The notes beneath the pieces were generated by a model, which did no database searches, was not told the origin of the DNA, and worked only from the letters and a program-made list of their open reading frames with translations. Below, piece by piece: positions 27,944 through 36,642 of a stretch of 64,000 nucleotides of DNA; within the stretch, counting starts at the first letter, position 1; every line of letters begins with the position of its first letter. Source of the DNA: a virus (lineage: Duplodnaviria > Caudoviricetes); IMG/VR virus record IMGVR_UViG_3300031993_006627, positions 32,001 to 96,000 of that record; one strand, given 5' to 3'. A program made the position numbers and the translations under genes.

Positions 27944-29116
27944 ATGGAACAAGAAGAGTGGAAGCCAATCATCGGGTTTGAAGGGCAATACGAGGTATCC
28001 AATCTTGGCCGACTCCGCAGAACATGTAATCAGCGCATCCTGAAACCAAGCAGTGTGAGAGGGTGTCTGCTGGTCACACTTCGTAAAGACAGGAAAGCAC
28101 GGTCATACACGGTAGCAAGATTGGTTGCCTTTGCATTTCTCGGTGCACCGGATAACAGTGAGTCCGTAGTAGGGCATCTGGACGGCGATACTTGCAATAA
28201 TGCGTTGAAGAACCTGTACTGGACGACCAATGGCTATTTGCTGCAGACACCGAGAATTGTGGCGCTTCTCAAGGCAGCAAGATCTTCCCCTGAGGCTCGC
28301 GCAGCCATGGCAAAGCGTATGGAAGGTTATGGCGATACTCCGGAGGGAGCCGCCAGATTGCGTAAGATGACAGACGCTGCTGCTTTGCACAACATAAAAA
28401 AGATCATGTGTCTGGAAACCGGCGTTATTTACCCGTCTATCAAAGCCGCTTCTGCTGCATTCGGGCTTTCCAGGGGAGCAATATCAACGAAACTTCTCCG
28501 GGCAAAAACCAGGCAGTATAACAAGTTCAGCACGAAAGGTAAACCTGTATTTCATTTCCGGTTATATGACCCGGAGGAATGGAAACCTAAAGAACGCATC
28601 TGGCGACCCGTAGTGGGATTCGAAGGGAAATACGAAGTCTCGAATATGGGTGAAGTGCGGAATGCTAAAACGAAGCGGCCAAAGAAAGTCTGTTGGGATA
28701 AGGAAGGCAAGCCCGATTACGTTGGTCTCTCTGTGAATGGGAGCAAAGGAAGAACCCTCACGGTTCCACGGCTGGTTGCAGAAGCATTTATCCCCAAGGT
28801 ATATGGATCTTCAGCAGTGGGTCACAGGGATGGTGATCGACACAATAACTGTGTGACAAACCTGTTCTGGTCCAGTAAGCGTGGAGTGACTACTCCCATA
28901 GCGAAGGCACGATTTATGGAGAGGCTACCAAGGAGACAGATAATTTGTATAGAAACTGGCAAATTATATGGCTCCATCAGGGAAGCAGCAAAAGACTGCA
29001 ACATGCGAGAAGGCACTGTTGGTATGGCCTGTAAGCGAGCAGAGAAAGGAGTACGGTATACCGTCCGGAATGCACGTGGTAGATCTATTCTTCATTTCCG
29101 GTATGCTGACCAGTGA
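27944..29116 (+). CDS. tandem-duplicated NUMOD4-HNH-NUMOD1 endonuclease
   Basis: Two units of W.P..GFEG.YEVSN.G...V.RLVA.AF...VGH.DGD..NN...NL.W...I.C.ETG..Y.SI..A...HFR. Confidence 0.85.
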   Translation: MEQEEWKPIIGFEGQYEVSNLGRLRRTCNQRILKPSSVRGCLLVTLRKDRKARSYTVARLVAFAFLGAPDNSESVVGHLDGDTCNNALKNLYWTTNGYLLQTPRIVALLKAARSSPEARAAMAKRMEGYGDTPEGAARLRKMTDAAALHNIKKIMCLETGVIYPSIKAASAAFGLSRGAISTKLLRAKTRQYNKFSTKGKPVFHFRLYDPEEWKPKERIWRPVVGFEGKYEVSNMGEVRNAKTKRPKKVCWDKEGKPDYVGLSVNGSKGRTLTVPRLVAEAFIPKVYGSSAVGHRDGDRHNNCVTNLFWSSKRGVTTPIAKARFMERLPRRQIICIETGKLYGSIREAAKDCNMREGTVGMACKRAEKGVRYTVRNARGRSILHFRYADQ

Positions 29117-29163
29117 CCCCGGAAGAGCCAGGTGGTGCAAACCCCCTGGCTTTTCTTTTAGTC

Positions 29164-29192
29164 CTTAATCGGGTATCTTCCTGTGGCATAAT
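29164..29192 (+). promoter_or_regulatory. class-1 promoter-like motif
   Basis: CTTAAT-N17-CATAAT. Confidence 0.6.
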
Positions 29193-29251
29193 CAGATGCA
29201 AGGCTTACAATTTTCTAATAGTCAATCAATAACTTTTAGGCTCCAGTTGAC

Positions 29252-29281
29252 CTTAATAAGGATACCTTTTGGGGCAGAATA
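29252..29281 (+). promoter_or_regulatory. class-1 promoter-like motif
   Basis: CTTAAT-N17-CAGAAT. Confidence 0.6.
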
Positions 29282-29333
29282 ATCTGGATCGGGTGATCCA
29301 ATAGTTTAACCAACCAAACAGAAAGGAGGAACT

Positions 29334-30419
29334 ATGGAATTTATACCCATTGATCCATTCCTGTCGCTGCCTCACCCGGCACGCGACGGAATCTGCGGGA
29401 TGCCCAATGTCCAATGGGATCCTGCCCTGCTTACAAAGCGCGAGCAGGAAATCATCATCGCCGCCTGGGACGGAGATGTCATCATCGACTTCCAGGCGAA
29501 GCGCTTCGAACGCGGCCGCGTAATCACGGTTGCAGTCCATAACGGAGATCCTCACGCCGATGACATCGGTGCTGTGGCGCTCCTCATGGTTCTGCTTCGT
29601 GGTTTCCAGATCCGGGTTTTCCGTACCCGTGATCCGCAGAAACTGGCCAATGCCGATATCCGCATCGACGTTGGTTTCGGCGCGTTCGATCACCACGGGC
29701 TCCGCGCCGATAAGGCGCATGGGATCTCCGCGATTACGAGGATATTCTTCCTCCTCCTGAACAGTCTGGGCGATGAATATCCCCGGATTGTCTGGGAGCG
29801 GTTCGCAGATATCTGCGACCGTATCGCGGCGTCTGATGTCGGCCTCATCGAGTTTACCATCACCCCCTGGGTGAACGATGCAGTGGCCGCACATCGTGCC
29901 GACCCCGGCTGGTCGGCTGACGGGGACGGCAGCGATACGACGGAAGATGGCCTGTTCAATAGGCTAGTCGACCGTATGTATAGCTGGTTCGACGACGTGT
30001 TCCGCAAGGCGATGGCGGAGCACAGAGCTACCGAAGCAGCGCTTGCTGACATTGCGGAATCGGGGGATCCTGCCTATGTCGTTTTCTCCGAGGATGCCAG
30101 GCAGGCGCCGTGCAAGGAGATCCTGTGGAAGCAGGGTCACACCGCATGGTACTTCATCAGCCCCGGCCGGGCAGGTGAAAGATGGGTCGTGGGTTGCACC
30201 TGTGATCCGTCCGGTCCGTTCCTCCGGAAGTCCAGCTGGCACCTGTTCCCGGAACGCCTCTGGGGGCTGGAAGATGCCGCGCTGGAAAAAGCAGCCGATC
30301 TCCCGAAGGGGACTATCGGCTTCGTCCACGCAGACGGCTTCCTGGCCGTGCTTAATAGCTTTGAGGCAGCTATTAAGTTTGTCAAGTTCTGCCTCAAGGA
30401 AGGGGGCTGGGGGTCGTGA
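29334..30419 (+). CDS. MYG1/UPF0160 family (DHH-type) protein
   Basis: HNGDPHADD, RTRDP, DVG...FDHH, FVH..GF motifs. Confidence 0.8.
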   Translation: MEFIPIDPFLSLPHPARDGICGMPNVQWDPALLTKREQEIIIAAWDGDVIIDFQAKRFERGRVITVAVHNGDPHADDIGAVALLMVLLRGFQIRVFRTRDPQKLANADIRIDVGFGAFDHHGLRADKAHGISAITRIFFLLLNSLGDEYPRIVWERFADICDRIAASDVGLIEFTITPWVNDAVAAHRADPGWSADGDGSDTTEDGLFNRLVDRMYSWFDDVFRKAMAEHRATEAALADIAESGDPAYVVFSEDARQAPCKEILWKQGHTAWYFISPGRAGERWVVGCTCDPSGPFLRKSSWHLFPERLWGLEDAALEKAADLPKGTIGFVHADGFLAVLNSFEAAIKFVKFCLKEGGWGS

Positions 30420-30450
30420 GACCCCCTCCACTTTTTCTTTTAGAATCGGG

Positions 30451-30480
30451 CTAAATAAGTGGGGTTTTGTTGGCAGTATA
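30451..30480 (+). promoter_or_regulatory. class-1 promoter-like motif
   Basis: CTAAAT-N17-CAGTAT. Confidence 0.65.
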
Positions 30481-30521
30481 AGTTGAGGCTGAATCATCAA
30501 CCATTAACCAGGAGGTGTATC

Positions 30522-30776
30522 ATGGCAAATGAAACAGTCAACCCCACCAACAATGTCGCGGTGCTCTACGGGGACGCCACGATACATGGGACGTTCGACA
30601 AGATCAATGTAGCAAAGGGAACCCTCAGGTTCTCTGGCTCAGTCAAATTCTTGGAAGTCGATGCGAACGCCTCCGTGTATGTTGCAGAGGGCAGCGACGT
30701 CGGGCAGTTCAAACTGCATCCTGGCGCCCGTTATCAATACGCGGACGAAGATCCGATCACCGGCTGGTGCAGCTGA
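30522..30776 (+). CDS. small beta-rich hypothetical protein
   Basis: AGGAGGT RBS before ATG 30522. Confidence 0.7.
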   Translation: MANETVNPTNNVAVLYGDATIHGTFDKINVAKGTLRFSGSVKFLEVDANASVYVAEGSDVGQFKLHPGARYQYADEDPITGWCS

Positions 30777-30786
30777 GGTGGCCTAT

Positions 30787-31161
30787 ATGCATAAGAGACC
30801 ACAGAAGCAGCAACAGGATCCTGAGCGCTATATCCCGTCTCCGACGGAGCGTATGGCCCAGGAGCTCGCGGTTATCGGAGGCACGGCCAGCATCCTGCAG
30901 GGGACGCTGGACCGTGTAAATGCCGCTGTGCTCAGGAATGGTCTTGACCACAATGTCGGAGGCTTGTTGGTCAAGGCTACCGAATTCATCGGTGCAATCG
31001 ACGCCGATGGTGCTCGTCTGGTAGCTCATCATCTGTTCATCATGATAGATGATATTCAAACAGACAAGCATCCCTGGACGGCTCGCTACGCGATCCCGTT
31101 TCTCCAGCAGCTAATCCAGCAGTCTCGTGAGAGCGCGTTCAATACGCGCTTGGGACTGTGA
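30787..31161 (+). CDS. hypothetical protein
   Basis: GAGGTG RBS; followed by a terminator at 31172-31203. Confidence 0.65.
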   Translation: MHKRPQKQQQDPERYIPSPTERMAQELAVIGGTASILQGTLDRVNAAVLRNGLDHNVGGLLVKATEFIGAIDADGARLVAHHLFIMIDDIQTDKHPWTARYAIPFLQQLIQQSRESAFNTRLGL

Positions 31162-31212
31162 ACAGAGAATCGACCGGGCGTGGGAACCCCGGTCTTTTCT
31201 TTTAGATTTGAA

Positions 31213-31242
31213 CTTAATAATAGACCTTTTGCGGGCAGTATA
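31213..31242 (+). promoter_or_regulatory. class-1 promoter-like motif
   Basis: CTTAAT-N17-CAGTAT. Confidence 0.65.
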
Positions 31243-31286
31243 AACTGAACCTCTTAACCACAAATAAAACCGAAAGGAGAATTATC

Positions 31287-31619
31287 ATGTTCAACTTCAT
31301 AAAGAGGCTTTTCACGTGTCACAAACCGGAAAAACAACCTGATGTCGAACTCATTCAGACCAATGAGGATGACGGCTATGAGTGCGCATATCTGCGCAAT
31401 CAGGGGACGTCTTCGGTCGAATGCGAAGTTCACTTTAGGTATAAACCAACTGTGACATTGAGATTAGGAGCCACAGCACATGTGGCCTATGGATATAACA
31501 CCATTGATGGTGTTGTAACCACAATTTTTCACACGGGCTTCGAGGTCAAGTCGGAGTCATGGGATGGAACGCCATTCTGGGAGTGGTTTCCTTACAGAAA
31601 CTTGCTCGGCGCCAAGTGA
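31287..31619 (+). CDS. hypothetical protein
   Basis: AAAGGAG RBS; own promoter and terminator. Confidence 0.7.
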   Translation: MFNFIKRLFTCHKPEKQPDVELIQTNEDDGYECAYLRNQGTSSVECEVHFRYKPTVTLRLGATAHVAYGYNTIDGVVTTIFHTGFEVKSESWDGTPFWEWFPYRNLLGAK

Positions 31620-31674
31620 GGCGCCAGGAGATCGGGTGCCCCGAAAGGGATGCCCGGTTTTCTTTTACAATGTA

Positions 31675-31705
31675 CTTGAAAAGCGCAGCTTCTGATGGCA
31701 TAATA
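31675..31705 (+). promoter_or_regulatory. class-1 promoter-like motif
   Basis: CTTGAAA; TTGAAA-N17-CATAAT. Confidence 0.65.
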
Positions 31706-31758
31706 GCATGGTAGTGTTACACCTTCACCAATAACAATCAACAAGAAAGGAGACTGTC

Positions 31759-32118
31759 ATGAAAAAGAGCTTTCGAGACAAAGTCCGTGATGCGCTGGCG
31801 CTGCGGCACATCAAGAGCCTGACCCCTGGCGGCAAACCGGTTCGTTCTGCCGAGGTCAACATCGTCACTGCCCAGGTGGCGTTCAAGCATTTCTGGAAGA
31901 AGGACTTCGACAAGTCCATCATCTGGACTACCGTATGGGAAAGCGGACTGAAGAATCACTATTCCAGCGGGGTCATCTACATTGGCGATTACAAGCTGAC
32001 TGCCGACGGTAAGGACCGCAAAGAAGCGACTGCGAAACTCGCCCGCAAGTTCTGCAACACTGTCCCGCTGTTCACTGCCAACGGGAAGGAGATCGAAAGG
32101 GTCATTGGCAATGGCTAA
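31759..32118 (+). CDS. hypothetical protein
   Basis: AAAGGAG RBS. Confidence 0.7.
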   Translation: MKKSFRDKVRDALALRHIKSLTPGGKPVRSAEVNIVTAQVAFKHFWKKDFDKSIIWTTVWESGLKNHYSSGVIYIGDYKLTADGKDRKEATAKLARKFCNTVPLFTANGKEIERVIGNG

Positions 32119-32623
32119 TTGCTGCATGATCACCCTTCGTATGGACTTCGGCAGTAAGTTGGAAGCAGACACCTGCTTCAACTGGATCGAAGCCAAGATG
32201 AAGGAGACGCTGGAAGACAAACCAGGATACGGCTTCGAGCTCGGAAAGGACACCAAGTTCTGGATCCTTGACTACGATGTGGTTCGTGTGTCGGATATCA
32301 GTGTGGAGATTGGCGGCTGGGTGAAGTGGGCCATTGACACGCCTGCTTTTGTCAAAGCTGTGGACCAGCTCACCAAGAGCTATGACATTCGATACCTGCG
32401 TTGTGACTACGAGGAGTCCGGGAACAACGTGTACGGTTACTGGGAGTATTTCCAGGAGAATCATACCCTGACAGACTGGGGCGTGGATCAGCACTACTGT
32501 GATGAGTACTGGGACAGCCACCGGGAAGAAGCCGAAACAGACGAGGGCGTGGCGGAGATCATCGAGCACTTTTGCAACGCCCCCGCAGAAGCCTACAACG
32601 CAGACTATGAGGTGCAGTTATGA
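32111..32623 (+). CDS. YubB/DUF1281-like ferredoxin-fold protein
   Basis: MANCC.I.L start, 'KW' and 'YEESG...YG' motifs. Confidence 0.5.
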   Translation: MANCCMITLRMDFGSKLEADTCFNWIEAKMKETLEDKPGYGFELGKDTKFWILDYDVVRVSDISVEIGGWVKWAIDTPAFVKAVDQLTKSYDIRYLRCDYEESGNNVYGYWEYFQENHTLTDWGVDQHYCDEYWDSHREEAETDEGVAEIIEHFCNAPAEAYNADYEVQL

Positions 32624-33024
32624 CCGACGAAGAGTTCGACGAAGTAAAGGAGAACGATACCGTTTACATCGTTCTGGATGAAGAATACAGGTATCCGGAG
32701 GATGATCGTTCCATTATCACGCAACCCATCAAGCCGACGCTGTTCAAGGCAAAGGTACTTGGCAAGCTCTGCGACTACGACAACTGGGGCGCCTACGTGC
32801 ACATCGAAGGTTCCCAGCGGAAGCACGAGTTCTTCCAGTACTATTCCCTGGAGACTCAGCCGGTCAAGGCTATCTGGAACTATACCAGACAGCTCCAGAT
32901 GAGTCTTATGCACAAGCTCAAGGAAGAGGACCGGACGGAACAGTGCGGTGTGTTCGGCGGACGTTGCGATCACATCGGGTGGTGTGATGAGTGCCCCCGT
33001 GTAACAGAGGATGACGAATTATGA
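32620..33024 (+). CDS. hypothetical protein
   Basis: Overlapping operon gene; C-terminal Cys cluster. Confidence 0.65.
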   Translation: MTDEEFDEVKENDTVYIVLDEEYRYPEDDRSIITQPIKPTLFKAKVLGKLCDYDNWGAYVHIEGSQRKHEFFQYYSLETQPVKAIWNYTRQLQMSLMHKLKEEDRTEQCGVFGGRCDHIGWCDECPRVTEDDEL

Positions 33025-33299
33025 ATGTTACTAAGAAAAGTCGCAAGGAGCGTCTTGCCACTTTCCGGAAGGAGATCGAAGACGACCTGAAGAAGCTCGG
33101 GGAGACGGAGGAAGTTATGGAGATGCTCCATGATATCGTTCGGGATCCAGATAGGGCTTATGATTATTTCTACAGGTGTCGTGACGATGCAGTGAACCTC
33201 AAGTTGCGCCTGAAGGAAAGGATCAAATTCCTTTTGGACAAAGACCTTCTGCCGCGTGATTTCGGAAAAACGATTCTTGCAGAATTGGAGAACAGCTGA
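33021..33299 (+). CDS. hypothetical protein
   Basis: ATGA overlap. Confidence 0.6.
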   Translation: MNVTKKSRKERLATFRKEIEDDLKKLGETEEVMEMLHDIVRDPDRAYDYFYRCRDDAVNLKLRLKERIKFLLDKDLLPRDFGKTILAELENS

Positions 33300-33496
33300 T
33301 GAACAAAAGACAGTACGAACTCCTCAAGAAGGCGCATGCGGAGTTGGTGCGCCTGGCGGATCAAATGACCGATGTTACCTGTGACACGGAAACACTTGGC
33401 ACAGCAAGAGATGCGCTGGAGGATGTTCTCTTCCAGGCATCGGATCATTTCGAGGAACAACCCTCGGAAGACGACTACGATGTGGAGGATCTCTGA
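33299..33496 (+). CDS. hypothetical protein
   Basis: TGATG overlap. Confidence 0.6.
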   Translation: MNKRQYELLKKAHAELVRLADQMTDVTCDTETLGTARDALEDVLFQASDHFEEQPSEDDYDVEDL

Positions 33497-33723
33497 TGGT
33501 TGCCATATCGAAAGCGCAGATGGATGAGCAGGCTCGCAAGGCTTGGCTCATGGGGATGCAGCAGTGGGATGCTGTGATGCAGATGGCGAAAACCTGTCCG
33601 CATGTCAGAGGGTTCACTTACATCGGACCTGACAGCATCACCATTTCTATCTCAGATAAGTGTCCGTGGCTGAAGTTCCGTGAACGCCTACAGAAGGAGG
33701 TGCAGCATGCTGACGCAGTTTGA
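33496..33723 (+). CDS. hypothetical protein
   Basis: TGATG overlap; GGAGG RBS. Confidence 0.6.
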   Translation: MVAISKAQMDEQARKAWLMGMQQWDAVMQMAKTCPHVRGFTYIGPDSITISISDKCPWLKFRERLQKEVQHADAV

Positions 33724-33889
33724 GACGGACGCGATCACCAGAGGCGTTCTCGCCTTGGAAAGAATCGCAGACGCTCTGGAGTCAATCCGGGATAAGCTGC
33801 CGGAAGATGTTCCCAGTCTGACGGAGGCGGATGCCTGCGATTTCCCGTGCGATCACAAACACGACAAGTGGAAACAGGGATATGACTGA
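33707..33889 (+). CDS. hypothetical protein
   Basis: AAGGAGGT RBS; 'ALERIADALE' motif. Confidence 0.6.
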   Translation: MLTQFETDAITRGVLALERIADALESIRDKLPEDVPSLTEADACDFPCDHKHDKWKQGYD

Positions 33890-33936
33890 TCCCGAAAGGG
33901 GTCGAAATCGAGCCCCTTTGCTGCAAGGCATTGGGG

Positions 33937-33966
33937 CTTATTTTTACAGGTTTCTGGGGCATAATA
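33937..33966 (+). promoter_or_regulatory. class-1 promoter-like motif
   Basis: CTTATT-N17-CATAAT. Confidence 0.6.
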
Positions 33967-34021
33967 GGTTGATGCGGTGCATGGTGTACCGCACACCTTC
34001 ACTTAACCAAAGGAGTACAAA

Positions 34022-34279
34022 ATGCAAGTACAAGAAGGTGCTGTCGTTCACGCAGTTGTCGTTCAGGCAAATGCCGTGATTGTGACTGAAGTTCGTGTGG
34101 ACTACGAGTGCGACGGAAAGTGGCACTGCCACGAGTTGCACAAAATGATGATCCGAAACGGGGAAGCCTATCGCCCCGGATTGGATCTGTACGCGAACGA
34201 CCTGTTTACATCGGAACAACAGGCAGTCGCTGAGGCTAAGAGACGTCGGCCGACCGGCCAGAATAAAGGAGGCCACTGA
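34022..34279 (+). CDS. hypothetical protein
   Basis: AAAGGAG RBS. Confidence 0.65.
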   Translation: MQVQEGAVVHAVVVQANAVIVTEVRVDYECDGKWHCHELHKMMIRNGEAYRPGLDLYANDLFTSEQQAVAEAKRRRPTGQNKGGH

Positions 34280-34494
34280 TGCAAACTAAGTTCAGACCGT
34301 TGGATCGTATGTATTTCCCAATGTGGCAGAAACAGTTCGCAGAGAGTATCTCGTTGTGCCCAGTCGAGATCGATTCTGCCACAGGAATGGTTACAGCGTT
34401 CGTGGACAAGACTACGGTTAATGACAACAAGGAAAGTATACTGGCAGCAAACATGCATCAGCTTGCTGATTGCGTTGCCAGAACTCGTAAGTGA
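34279..34494 (+). CDS. hypothetical protein
   Basis: AAGGAGG RBS; TGATG overlap. Confidence 0.65.
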   Translation: MQTKFRPLDRMYFPMWQKQFAESISLCPVEIDSATGMVTAFVDKTTVNDNKESILAANMHQLADCVARTRK

Positions 34495-34499
34495 GTTGT

Positions 34500-34528
34500 A
34501 AGCCCAGGAAACTCCTGGGCTTCTTTTT
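34500..34528 (+). terminator. terminator between convergent genes
   Basis: AAGCCCAGGA AAC TCCTGGGCTT CTTTTT. Confidence 0.75.
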
Positions 34529-34814
34529 ACACTTTAGGGGGTGGCTGACCATACTGAAGCAGGCGCTCGATATCTTTCTTGTCATACATCCGGTTGCTTT
34601 TCGTGATGTAGACTTCCCGGATCCAGCCGTTCTTCACATAGCGGCGCAATGTTGGCCGCGTGCATCCCAGGAGGCGCACAGCACCAAGGGCAGTGACAGT
34701 TTCCCTTTCGTCTGCGTGATCCAGCAGATACATGACGTCTTGCATTGTTTCCGGATGCACCGTTGTGTCCCAGTTGAGGATCTTCTGGATACACCATTTT
34801 GTCAGCTTTTTCAT
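34527..34814 (-). CDS. MerR/excisionase-like winged HTH protein
   Basis: 'TALGAVRLLGCTRPTLRRYVKNGWI...RMYDKKDIERL'; GGAGGTG RBS. Confidence 0.8.
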   Translation of the reverse strand: MKKLTKWCIQKILNWDTTVHPETMQDVMYLLDHADERETVTALGAVRLLGCTRPTLRRYVKNGWIREVYITKSNRMYDKKDIERLLQYGQPPPKV

Positions 34815-34852
34815 ATGACACCTCCGCTATAGTAAAGCGCAGGGGTTATAAT

Positions 34853-35056
34853 GGTGCAAGACTCCCGGAAAAGTTCTCCATAGCTCTTGCCGGGAAGTGG
34901 AAAGCCATGCCTATGCAAACCGGTGTACTGTTTCTGTTTGGGTTGAAGTGGGGACGATGAACATCGGTCAGACATGTGATGGGTGCGTGACTCCAGACGC
35001 GCCGAAACTCCTTTCGGGGGTGCCCGCCGGATTGCCCGCCGGCGGGCGCTCTTTTT
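34853..35056 (+). ncRNA. candidate structured small RNA (unassigned)
   Basis: TATAAT at 34847, several hairpins, strong terminator at 35021-35056, only a 17-codon ORF. Confidence 0.3.
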
Positions 35057-35135
35057 ATTCCTCTGTATCGTAGAGGAACATCTCTGCCAGCTCTTTGTAG
35101 AACTCGACGGTACCCTGCACGAAAGTCTCTTCCAT
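35055..35135 (-). CDS. 26-aa acidic microprotein
   Basis: AAGGAGGAG RBS then MEETFVQGTVEFYKELAEMFLYDTEE*. Confidence 0.55.
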   Translation of the reverse strand: MEETFVQGTVEFYKELAEMFLYDTEE

Positions 35136-35195
35136 GGTCTCCTCCTTGGTTGTCCCTATCGGTACTGTAAAGCATAACAACAACGGAGTACTGCC

Positions 35196-35789
35196 ATGAA
35201 GCATTCTGATTTTTACAACATGATGTCGCAAGAGAGCGGCGTGATCACGACAGACGACAACGGCAACAGCATCTGCACCATCTGCCATGGTGTCGGGAAG
35301 CACTTCGAAGCCTCTGTCAAGCACCACAAAGGCTGCGCCTTCATCAAGGCGATTAAGTCCATGGAAGACATCATGCCGGACAAAATTACACTCCAGGTGG
35401 AAAATTCGATCACACTCGGAATGATGCTTCCGTACCTTGCCAATATGGAAGCTGTCAACATGGACAGGATCTCGGATTACGTCAACTGCATGAAGGAGGC
35501 GGAATCCAAAGAGGAACGCGATCATGTCGCCGCCATCATCCAGGCCTGGTGTTTCTGTGTCAAGGATGAGATACTGGAAGCGGTTGTCGAACACGGGCTG
35601 CCGGACGACAAGGCGGAGGAAACCTTCAAGAACTACCTGATCTTCGAATGGTGCAACGAAGCCCAGCTGCTGCATCTTGCAGTTGAGACGCTTGCATTCG
35701 AGAACAGCAAGGCCGCCTTCTATCCGAAATTCAAAGCGCTCCTCTGTGAGAAATATCCGCATTACGCGCAGTCTTCTAAGAAAGACTAA
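35196..35789 (+). CDS. hypothetical protein
   Basis: GGAG RBS; CxxC...H..GC motif. Confidence 0.7.
   Translation: MKHSDFYNMMSQESGVITTDDNGNSICTICHGVGKHFEASVKHHKGCAFIKAIKSMEDIMPDKITLQVENSITLGMMLPYLANMEAVNMDRISDYVNCMKEAESKEERDHVAAIIQAWCFCVKDEILEAVVEHGLPDDKAEETFKNYLIFEWCNEAQLLHLAVETLAFENSKAAFYPKFKALLCEKYPHYAQSSKKD
35382..35406. repeat. 25-bp pseudo-palindromic site, copy 5
   Basis: AAAATTACACT-CCA-GGTGGAAAATT (intragenic). Confidence 0.75.
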
Positions 35790-35805
35790 CACAGGAGCCA
35801 TCTAT

Positions 35806-36603
35806 ATGGAATGGAGATATATTGCAGATCCAAAGGTGGCCTCGAATCGTTATCGTATTTCTGAATACGGTACGCTCCATGATGTAGCCCGAAACAGAGA
35901 TATCAAGCAGTATCCTGATAAGGAAGGTTACATGCGAACGAGGGTGGTAACTGCAGATGGACAGGAAGCGAAATATCCAGTACACAGGTTGGTTGCTATG
36001 GCATTCCTTCCAGCTCCATTGGAGGGGCAAACGCATATTGATCATATAGACGGTAACAGATCTAATAATCATGTCAGTAATTTGCGTTGGTGTACCCCAA
36101 AAGAAAATAATAACTACGCTGGAACAGTCGTGCGAAAAGAAGCAGCGCACAGAATTGCAGAGGCATCTTTGAAAAGAAAAGTCCTGTGCGAGAATACGGG
36201 CGAAGAATTTGCCTCCATGACAGAGGCGGCGAAACATTTCAATATATCCCTTTCCGCAGTCACGCAGAGTTGTAGGAAGTTTGCAGAAGGGAAGCCAAGA
36301 CGTCCCACCAAGTTTGGAAAGCCAGTTATGCACTTTCGTTTGCTTGAGGAATCCCAGGGAGAAATTATACAGGATACTCAGGATACACTGGAACGCGCTG
36401 CCAGTAGATCTAATTCCAGAGCAGTGCGCTGTATTGAAACCGGTTTAGAATACCCTTCAGCATCTTCTGCGGCGAGAGCGCATGGCCTTCGCTATACTAC
36501 TGTTGTCGGCTCCTGTAACAGGCATGCAGCAGGAAGCCGACAGTCTAGAGCCTTCGGTTCGCGTAGATGTTATCATTTTACTTGGCTGGGACAGAGTGCT
36601 TAA
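35806..36603 (+). CDS. HNH homing endonuclease (NUMOD4-like/HNH/2x NUMOD1)
   Basis: VHRLVAMAF...IDHIDGNRSNNHVSNLRWCTPKEN; two C.ETG..S...AA units; directly upstream of the portal. Confidence 0.85.
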   Translation: MEWRYIADPKVASNRYRISEYGTLHDVARNRDIKQYPDKEGYMRTRVVTADGQEAKYPVHRLVAMAFLPAPLEGQTHIDHIDGNRSNNHVSNLRWCTPKENNNYAGTVVRKEAAHRIAEASLKRKVLCENTGEEFASMTEAAKHFNISLSAVTQSCRKFAEGKPRRPTKFGKPVMHFRLLEESQGEIIQDTQDTLERAASRSNSRAVRCIETGLEYPSASSAARAHGLRYTTVVGSCNRHAAGSRQSRAFGSRRCYHFTWLGQSA

Positions 36604-36642
36604 CGTCCAGCAATCTTATATAAGACACACAGGAGACACAAA

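Noticed and set aside
34853-35056. tmRNA or tRNA identity for the structured region
   Set aside because: No acceptor stem, T-loop consensus or CCA end is recognisable.
35055-35801. 248-aa minus-strand ORF
   Set aside because: It is mostly antisense to 35196-35789; only the last 26 codons have an RBS and are kept as a microprotein.
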